From Octopus sinensis (taxonomy: Eukaryota): a stretch of DNA of 64,000 bases. The position numbers and the translations under genes were made by a program. Every line of letters starts with the position of its first letter. The stretch's first letter is position 1. The DNA lies in the NCBI RefSeq assembly GCF_006345805.1, contig NC_042998.1, positions 65,534,001 to 65,598,000 of the forward strand. Direction: 5' to 3'. Below are positions 55,227-64,000 of the stretch, piece by piece. The notes below the pieces were generated by a model. That model was not told where the DNA came from, searched no databases, and worked only from the letters and a program-made list of their open reading frames with translations.

Positions 55227-55495
55227 GATAGATAAACTTACTTGGAGAAGAATGCGTGGCGTTCGATCATATAATAATATAATTAATATATAAATATATG
55301 CATACATACATACATATATGTAAATATCTACATATACATGTATATATAAAAGCCTATATGGGTACAGGATATCCAAAAACGTTAAACAAAATAAGAAACG
55401 AAACCATAAAATCAATCGAAACGCGTATTAGATGTGTCCTGTACACATATATGCATGTATATATACATATATATGTAGGTATGTACATATCTTAT

Positions 55496-55542
55496 CTTAT
55501 CTAGTTTCAGCTCACGAGCCGTGGCCATGCTGGGGCACCGCC
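55496..55542 (-). mobile_element. Isolated LINE 3' tail
   Basis: tctagtttcagctcacgagccgtggccatgctggggcaccgcc, near-identical to 43471-43513. Confidence 0.7.
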
Positions 55543-55556
55543 ATTGAATATATGTA

Positions 55557-55640
<84 letters not shown>

Positions 55641-56043
55641 TTTACTCTTTTACTCGTTTCAGTCAATTGACTGCGGCCATGCTGGAGCACCGCCTTTAGT
55701 CGAGCAACTCGACCCCGGGACTTATTCTTTGTAAGCCCAGTACTTATTCTATCGGTCTCTTTTGCCGAACCGCTAAGTGACGGGGACGTAAACACACCAG
55801 CATCGGTTGTCAAGCAATGCTAGGGGAACAAACACAGACACACAAACACATACACTTATATATATATATATACATATATACGACGGGCTTCTTTCAGTTT
55901 CCGTCTACCAAATCCACTCACAAGGCTTTGGTCGGCCCTTGGCTATAGCAGAAGACACTTGCCCAAGATGCCACGCAGTGGGACTGAACCCAGAACCATG
56001 TGGTTGGTAGGTAAGCTACTTACCACACAGCCACTCCTGCGCC
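55641..56043 (-). mobile_element. Full-length SINE family A
   Basis: Reverse complement of the 30158-30590 family. Confidence 0.9.
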
Positions 56044-57310
56044 TATATATATATAATACTTGCGAAATACAGGGAAATATTTATGATGCGGAATGCATCC
56101 CATGTATCGCAATAGTTGTTCCTCTCTATATGGATGTTTTCAATAATTAGAAAGATTCGTTATCTTCAGAAGATGTAAACAGGTTAGAGGTTGTTTGTAG
56201 TTTGCATAGAACAGTTTGGGTTGTGAAGATTTATTATGGACAATTTGCAGTAATTCCTTGTATGTTATATGAATAGAATTTTGTTTGAATATCAGTATAA
56301 GAGACAAGAAATGTTGTTACAGTTCTGAAGACCTGTTACTGTACGTTAATCACACGAATCCTAAATAAAACTATTCTCTTAGCTAATTGATGGAGCACAA
56401 TTACATCCTTACACAATACATACACATTCACTTCAATAGATGAATGTTTAACTGTATATTTCTTGAATATATTGTGATTATTCGGCAGAATATATGCTAA
56501 TTAAATATTTTATCAACGTTTTTCTTACAGGGTTTGTTTCGTCGAATAGATTTCCTATGTAGTATTGTTATTTGTTTCGTTCATTTCCGCTAATGAATCG
56601 AAATGAATCAAGCGCAACTTGTTAATGCAAATGAGATTTCTAACCAATAATGAATATATACGAAAGTAAAATCCAGAATGGATTTCATGGAAAGCGTCTC
56701 AGAACCATAACAATATGTATTACGTAATACGAATATTATCATTGAAATGGTTTGCGTCTATGAAATAAAGTTTAGGATTCAGTTGTAAAGAGAATATATA
56801 ATTGAAAGCTGTTATATATGTTTTCTAGCAGCGATAACAGGAAGAACACCAAGTAAATGTCGAATTTCTTATAAAAGAATATCAATGTAAACACGAAACC
56901 AATGAAGAAAAACATGTAATAACAATAAATCTACCTTCGCATAAACGAATGCAAATACCAAATGACAGTTTAGAAACTTTGTTAAAACAGTATATTGCTA
57001 TGACAATAAAATTTAGTTCTAGTGTATAGAACTGACATTACAGTTTAATAATAAAGTACGAATCATTTCAAATTTTCCTGTTACTTTTAGTTTAGATGCT
57101 TCTATTTTCCTTGGATATGAAAATGTCGAGTAGGCAGATATACATATATGCTCATTCTTACATGTGCAAGCTGATATAAGATTTGGTTAATTTTAGCGTA
57201 TTAATTGCAGCGTAGAATGTGTTTATATGCCTTTTAAAAACACACAAAAACCGTTAGATTCACTTCAGCATTTAAATTTGATTTGCCAAAATATTTTCCT
57301 CGCTTTCAGA

Positions 57311-57377
57311 CCGCGACGTGTTCACTGAAAAAAATTCCGTGCTGCATCTTGGAGTTTCGTCAGTGAACATCTCGCGG
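57311..57377. other. 67-nt imperfect hairpin
   Basis: ccgcgacgtgttcactga..ttcc pairs with ggag..tcagtgaacatctcgcgg; 12-nt loop. Confidence 0.6.
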
Positions 57378-58946
57378 ATTCATTATCTTAGATCAGGTCA
57401 CTCGCTATGCAAGTACATCTCCGTAAAGTGTATTAATTATTGATTAAAATATATTTCCATTGACGTTATGATTCAAGATTGTGAGTATAATATCAGGCCT
57501 TAAACATTGTAGTTCCCTATTTAATCCTAAGGTAAACTAAAACAATAATATATAATGAAATACTGAACGATTTAAAATATACATACATGTGTGTATGTAT
57601 GTGCATGATTGTTAGTGTGCTTGCGAATAAGCTTTGTATTACATATGAATGGATCAGCGGCAAAATATTATTTGACAATCGTTTTATTACAGACACGGAA
57701 ATATCAGATTCTATTCACATACAGCTAAAGAGATACAGACAGAGAAACATACATACACACTGACACAAACACATATGTGTAGACACATGCATATATATAT
57801 GTACATGTACGTGTGTGTGTGTGTGTCTGCGTGAATGTATATGTATGTTTGGTTTATGTGGCATTCATATGTATTATGCAAAGGTAAATTACTTCATACA
57901 CGATATTGCCATAATAATTATGTGCACAGTGTCATCGTTGTATGTGCTCGTTTATATGGACACGATTTGAAAGGGAATAAGTGTGTGCTTCCCAGTGAGA
58001 AATTTTGCATATGAGCGAGAGAGTGTGAAAGACATGTTAGTAGGAATGTAAAATATTGAAAACGGAGAAAAAATGTATATGCTTATATACGCAGGGGAAT
58101 CAGAACGTATTTGAAAATGTAGTTATATTCCGAGATATAGCGAAAACATCATTTCTATCTTCTCATTGTCAATGATGGACGTCACGTTGCATTAGATGTG
58201 GCAAGAGTTTATTATTATTTTCGCACAAGATTAGTTTTCATTTCCCTTGCTACATATATTACTACAGTAATCCACCTTTGTCTATTCATACTGCAAACCA
58301 ACATGCTTTGGTTATTATGTCTATACTTTATTTACTTCTTTTTAACATTACTATCACATCAATTTTTTTCTCATATTCAGCGTAGTATTCATCGGCATAT
58401 ATATAACTAGCAGCAATGGAGATATACTTCATCAAACTTCAAACACTATATAAGTGTATATGTGAGAGAGTGAGTGTATGTGTGTATATGTATGTATATA
58501 TGTATGCATATATGTATGTATGTATGCATGTATGTATGTATGTATGTATGTATGTATGTATGTATGCATGCATGTATGCGTCTATATATTTCTAATGATG
58601 AAGTCAAAGCAAGTAGTCATATTCTAAAATCATTTAATATGTTCTCAAGTCTACGTAATATGTGATAAGAAATGCATTTATTATGGAAACCTCCCTCATT
58701 TAAAATTTTTTTGAAATACTTTAAGTGAGGAAAGTAAACGTAATGAACGCATTTAATATTCTATATTACGTAAATGTAAAATATTCGTATTAAACGATTT
58801 CAAAAGGTCACAAATTCTTAAAAGCAACATCACTCGATGCCTATGCATAACCACACTGTCTTCGTTTTCGCTTTTAAGGATACTCTAACAACTATTTTGA
58901 GAAGCGTCTAATTTTCTGACACCGTGTCACGCTTCTTAGCATAACA

Positions 58947-59072
<126 letters not shown>

Positions 59073-59240
59073 CATGAGTGTGTGTGTGTGTGTGTGCGTG
59101 TGTGTGTGTGTTGTATCCAATGAAAAGGAGAAGACAAAGAAAACACTTCACACATTTTAAATTATAAATTACAATTGTCTCTGCAACGCGTGCTTACACA
59201 AAATTTCTAGATTGGTCAGTACGTTATATGTATATATATA

Positions 59241-59580
59241 AAGGGTAAAGACCCCCTTCGGTCATGAATGACCATGGGATTGCACCTTGGAAGTTACCCT
59301 CCTAGACACAAGTCAGGGCAAGGTTGTTTATGGAAGACCAGCAGTCGCCCATGCATACCAGCCTCCCCTCTCCACGCCACCAATGTTATCCAAGGGAAAG
59401 ACAAAGATCGATACAGCTTGAACCAGTGACGTCGCAACTCATTTCTACAGCTGAGTGAACTGGAGCAACGTGAAATAAAGTGCTTTGCTCAAGAACACAA
59501 CACGCAGCCCGGTCCGGGATTCGAGCTCACAACCTCACAATCGAAAGCTCGACGCTCTAACCACCGAGCCATGCGCCTTC
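59241..59580 (-). mobile_element. Full-length SINE family B
   Basis: Reverse complement of the 54095-54430 family. Confidence 0.9.
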
Positions 59581-59600
59581 ACACATGTATATATATATAT

Positions 59601-59646
<46 letters not shown>

Positions 59647-59775
59647 TCACACACGTGCGAGCGCAAGCGCACACACACACACGTACGGTTCAAATGTACA
59701 GAAAACAAAAGAGCAAGCGACACGAGGGAACGACTAGGAGTTTATTAGTTTGAAGCTCCGGAAGTTTGGAAAAGT

Positions 59776-59811
59776 CTTTGATGTTTCGAGCCAACGCTCT
59801 TCAACAGAAAG
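59776..59811 (-). ncRNA. Mutated minimal hammerhead, same family as 7250-7284
   Basis: CTTT-CTGTTGA-A-GAGC(GTTG)GCTC-GAAA-CA-TC-AAAG; A6 changed to U in the core. Confidence 0.45.
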
Positions 59812-60221
59812 AAAAAAAGGGAAAATGAAGAGAGAGAGTACAATTGTAGAGTCAAAAAATGTGTCGGGATTAGCCATTTAGTGGGAAGAAATGGGCGGAA
59901 TAAAGAGACTGATATAAGAGGTAATAGCAGTGATTTGGCTTAACTGGGATGCGTCAACGAGGATGATTGTAAAAATGGTGTGTAAGAGTGTGTGCGTGTG
60001 AATATTTGCAAGAGCTTGTGAATGTATGCGAGGGTAAGCTTAAAATTATGTGAGCTTGTGCCTACGTATGAGGGCGTATATGTATCAGTAAACTAGGGCT
60101 TGTGTTGTGTGATGTGATGTGTGATCCTTGCGTTTGTGCGCGCGCGTGTGTGTGAGGCTATCCGGTGTGGTTGTGTATATATATGCATATATATATATAT
60201 ATATTATATATATATATATTA

Positions 60222-60273
<52 letters not shown>

Positions 60274-61635
60274 TATATATATATGTATATCCATCTATGT
60301 ATGTATGAATATATCTATGTGAATGTGTGCGTGTGCGTGTGTGTCGAAAGACACCTGTTGCTATTTTCTTGTTGCATATATTTGTAATTGCCCCTTTTCT
60401 TCGCTTTTTCGTTTTTATTGTCGTACATATTCGCTTGCTGTCTCCCAAAATAGTTTATGAATTAATCTTAGAGATTTGGGGCTAGCCAGATTTGAACAGG
60501 CTGAATTATAAGCTGCCGAAACTGTAAGGATAATATGGAAACTTGCCTGAGGAGAGAAAGCCACGAATGACCCTTCTTTTGTTTTTGCTGTCCATCGTTC
60601 TATTGGTTTCCCTTTCGTCTTTGTATCGTTTATCTGTCGTCTATTCCGTTGTTTCTTTTATGGAATATATATATGTAATGTTTTGTTTTCATGTTTTTAT
60701 TAAAAATTCCTCCTCGTAATATATTTGCTTTCATTTCTTGATAGACAGCTATCATGCAGCATATGCCAGCTTCAAATCCTTTTTTTACGATTATGCACTT
60801 TAATCCGTAGTAACTATTGTCAGTAATTCTACTCTATAACAAAGTCGGATTTAACGTGGAAAGCTATTTCAATATACCGAATTTGAAAATTTGGACGTAA
60901 TTTAAAAATTTCACAATATGTAGACAGACAGTTATGAGGCATGACTAGCACTCACACACGCACACACACACACACATAAGCACACATGCACACAAATACA
61001 CACTCACACACAATACACACACATTTACAAACGAATACACAGGTAATGTCTGGGTTAAAATAGTGTATAGTAGACATATGTATGTATGTTATGCATATAT
61101 ATATAAAGGATATTTACAACATTTCTAAAAATAACTCAACAATTGCTGCTTCGGCCAGGGTCAAGATACAGGACTCTTGACATGTCCAACAAAGCGTGAT
61201 GCCTAAACCAATCAGCTCAACCAACCAATCAGCTTAAGTAATTGAGTGATACTACACACTGATTGGTCAGAATATAGTTTGCAAAACCTAGCACTCTGGA
61301 GCCTCTCCCAGCTGTATTTATAGCACAGAATCAATCATCTTGCTACAGTCAAAAATTGTGAAGCATGACTGTCAACACTACTACATGAACCCGAAGATTG
61401 CAGAATTCAATGCATGAAAGTACTAGTTCAATCAGAATGAATATTTAACATTCTACTATTTCATTTTATTTTATTCAATTATAATATATTATCTTATAAT
61501 ACATCATTATAAGATTGTAAATAAAACGTGAAAATCAGACAAGGTTGGAATTCTTTTTATTAATATATTCTTCTATACACAATCACACACACCCATATAT
61601 ATATATATCTATATTCCTATTGTGTATATGCCAAC

Positions 61636-62919
61636 ATGTCTGGAAAGCAACAAACAAAATTAACAGAATCAGAAAGAATTCTAATGGAAATTTCATCGAA
61701 ATTATCAACACTCATCACGATGATTGACACACAATCCTCTATTTTAAAGGAAATAGAAAAACAGTCTACAGACGGAAAACTTGGAAATGAACACATAAAC
61801 TCTGAAATTACGAATTTAGCTGAAATGATACCAACAATTATAAAATCTACAAGAGAAAGCCTACCACAACCTCCTTGGATGTCAGAAATAAACGAAAGAA
61901 ATCTGGAAAAAGAGGCACACCGAAAAAGAGAAGAGATACAGAAGACATGGAAAAAACTCCTTAACATAAGAAAACAAAACTTCTGGAAGGCATATAAATG
62001 CGAAAAATATGCTGAAATACATTCGAAATGGATATCTTTAGCGGCACCCATACTTCCTCGGAAGTACCTAATTAAAGAAATTGCAGGAGAACCAGAGGAA
62101 GAAACTAAACTTCGATGGGACCTTAGTTTGATAAAATTCAGGTCCGACATCTCCATTACCCTGTCTAAACAATCCCGCTACAAAGCCAAATACGAAGCTA
62201 TCGATGATCAAATCAGAGATGAAATATCCAAACTAACGACCGGCAATATAGCAGAAAAAATGCGAGAACTATGGATCAGAGATATCTCAAAAGAAGAAAG
62301 CAGATCAAGAAAGTTTTGGCAGCGGAAACAATTATTTCTCGACAAATATGCTACAAATTACGGTAAAGACACCAGAACTCCGAGAAATAGCAGTAAAAGT
62401 GGACAACCTCACCAACGCAACATACACCAGAACACGTGGCAACATGAACACCCGTTTCACCACGAATCGAAGACGAACTACGGTAAGAACTCTTCCCATT
62501 TTGTATGCAAACACCCTAATGCACACAACATGAACAAAAAGCACAAACAAAATAGATATTGTTTTGAACAGACCATTAGCAGTAGAAATAACAGGAGATC
62601 ATTTTCAAGACCTCAACAGAGATTACCCACAAGAAACTGGACAAAAAACCGATCTGGATCCAGAAGTAAACCCAGATCATTTCTCCAGGTGGTTAAAAAC
62701 AATGCTAACAAGAAATTGAAAAGTAGCATACATAATACCAAAAACAAGACAGAAAACATAACGAAACCAAGTAAAGTATCACAACCAAAACGCAAAATTC
62801 ATCAAGCAAACATCAACAGGAATATAAATCATAACCAGAAAAAATCCATTTTTTTACGTCAGGACAACAAACACCGGAGAAAGAAAAAACCCAAGAGGAA
62901 CCATACCCCAAACAACTGA
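61636..62919 (+). CDS. PLE ORF1 / N-terminal domain protein, 427 aa, charged helical N-half and basic K/R/N/S-rich C-half
   Basis: Long intact ORF; homologous broken copy at ~13080-14230 on the minus strand; directly precedes the RT. Confidence 0.8.
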   Translation: MSGKQQTKLTESERILMEISSKLSTLITMIDTQSSILKEIEKQSTDGKLGNEHINSEITNLAEMIPTIIKSTRESLPQPPWMSEINERNLEKEAHRKREEIQKTWKKLLNIRKQNFWKAYKCEKYAEIHSKWISLAAPILPRKYLIKEIAGEPEEETKLRWDLSLIKFRSDISITLSKQSRYKAKYEAIDDQIRDEISKLTTGNIAEKMRELWIRDISKEESRSRKFWQRKQLFLDKYATNYGKDTRTPRNSSKSGQPHQRNIHQNTWQHEHPFHHESKTNYGKNSSHFVCKHPNAHNMNKKHKQNRYCFEQTISSRNNRRSFSRPQQRLPTRNWTKNRSGSRSKPRSFLQVVKNNANKKLKSSIHNTKNKTENITKPSKVSQPKRKIHQANINRNINHNQKKSIFLRQDNKHRRKKKPKRNHTPNN

Positions 62920-64000
62920 ACGTATAGATCCTAAAATAATTAATTTATCAAAAAGAGATCTTGACAATGATGAAATCCAACTTCTGTCAAAAGGACTGAA
63001 ATTCACACCTACACCAACAGCCAACCACCAAGAATTAAAGGAGGATATTCAAAAATTCTGTCGAAACTTACGACTTGTAGAATTCTTCGCTAACAAAAGT
63101 AATGAGATTGATGAATCCCTAGTAAGGAATAAATCAAATTTCACCCCACCAAAAGGAAGAAATAACTACCTTGACCAATACATTGATATCCTGTCTAAAT
63201 TTCCCCTTAGACGCAATACCAATGTTAGGCCAAACATTAGCAAATCAGAGATGTCTGCATGTAAACGTATACAAAACGATCAAACAATAATAATTAAACA
63301 AGCAGATAAAGGTGGTGCAATTGTTATTATGTATACCGAATACTATAAGGATTTGGTTGAAGACCAACTGAAGGATACAACCTTCTATTGTGAAATACCC
63401 GCAAATATAGACCACCACATCATGAAAAAGATCAACAACCTGATTTCAACACACCACAACTCACTTACGGATAATGAAAAAGACTACATCACCAATTTTG
63501 AACCAAAACCCAGCAACTTCTACGGCTTACCAAAAATACACAAATCAAAAAACATTCAACAGGCAGTAAAAGAACAAGAAAGTGAGTACATAAAATTATT
63601 ACATCCAAAAGACCTAAAACTTAGACCTATTATAGCTGGTCCAGCATGCCCTACACACCGTCTAAGCAATTTTATTGACATTGTTTTGAAACCACTATGT
63701 ACTTACATACCAAGTTTCATCAGGGATGTCATCGACTTCCTGTCCCATCTTCCCAAAACAACAGAAACAAATTCGGTTTTACTACGTTTTGATGTGGTAA
63801 GCCTCTACACCAATATTCCACACGATTTAGGAATAAAGGCGATTAAATACTGGTTAGAAAAACATAGAGAAGTGATTCCCAGCAGATTTACAGTGCCATT
63901 TATATTAGACACAGTCAAACTTATTCTAGAAAATAACACATTCTTCTTCAATGGAAAGAATTACATCCAAATTAGAGGCACGGCGATGGGAACGAGGTTT
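62828..64000 (+). CDS. PLE reverse transcriptase ORF2 (3' end beyond window; absent from ORF track)
   Basis: Hand translation finds no stop from 62828 to 64000: KIINLS..LLSKGLKFTPTP, IIKQADKGGAIVIM, FYGLPKIHK, LRPIIAG, FDVVSLYTNIP, QIRGTAMG; first ATG only at 63251. Confidence 0.9.
   Translation, partial: MITRKNPFFYVRTTNTGERKNPRGTIPQTTERIDPKIINLSKRDLDNDEIQLLSKGLKFTPTPTANHQELKEDIQKFCRNLRLVEFFANKSNEIDESLVRNKSNFTPPKGRNNYLDQYIDILSKFPLRRNTNVRPNISKSEMSACKRIQNDQTIIIKQADKGGAIVIMYTEYYKDLVEDQLKDTTFYCEIPANIDHHIMKKINNLISTHHNSLTDNEKDYITNFEPKPSNFYGLPKIHKSKNIQQAVKEQESEYIKLLHPKDLKLRPIIAGPACPTHRLSNFIDIVLKPLCTYIPSFIRDVIDFLSHLPKTTETNSVLLRFDVVSLYTNIPHDLGIKAIKYWLEKHREVIPSRFTVPFILDTVKLILENNTFFFNGKNYIQIRGTAMGTRF

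Larger units (their letters stand above)
61113..64000 (+). mobile_element. Young Penelope-like element copy 3 (runs off window end)
   Basis: Upstream segment 61113-61550 homologous to 14418-14830; intact ORF1 and uninterrupted RT frame. Confidence 0.95.

Overview
AT-rich eukaryotic DNA, dense in microsatellites and transposon relics. The repeat repertoire (tRNA-headed SINEs with internal AT microsatellites, mariner, Helitron and many Penelope-like elements) suggests an octopod cephalopod genome; this is an inference. No intact multi-exon host gene is visible, only a candidate terminal exon on the minus strand (36580-36730). Most listed ORFs are microsatellite artefacts. Real coding signal comes from four Penelope-like retroelements (PLEs) of three lineages, two decayed mariners plus a mariner MITE, Helitron relics, and LINE fragments (CR1/Jockey-like, RTE, Tx1-like, R4/Dong-like). 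One PLE is young, with an intact 427-aa ORF1 and an out-of-frame, uninterrupted RT ORF running off the window end. The most striking unannotated structure is a ~99% identical inverted repeat with 273-bp arms (40920-41530). Each arm carries a type I hammerhead ribozyme fold with a perfect 12-nt palindromic stem III and an expanded stem II. Other minimal or decayed hammerheads are dispersed through the window. All motif calls were made by eye, without searches or folding software.
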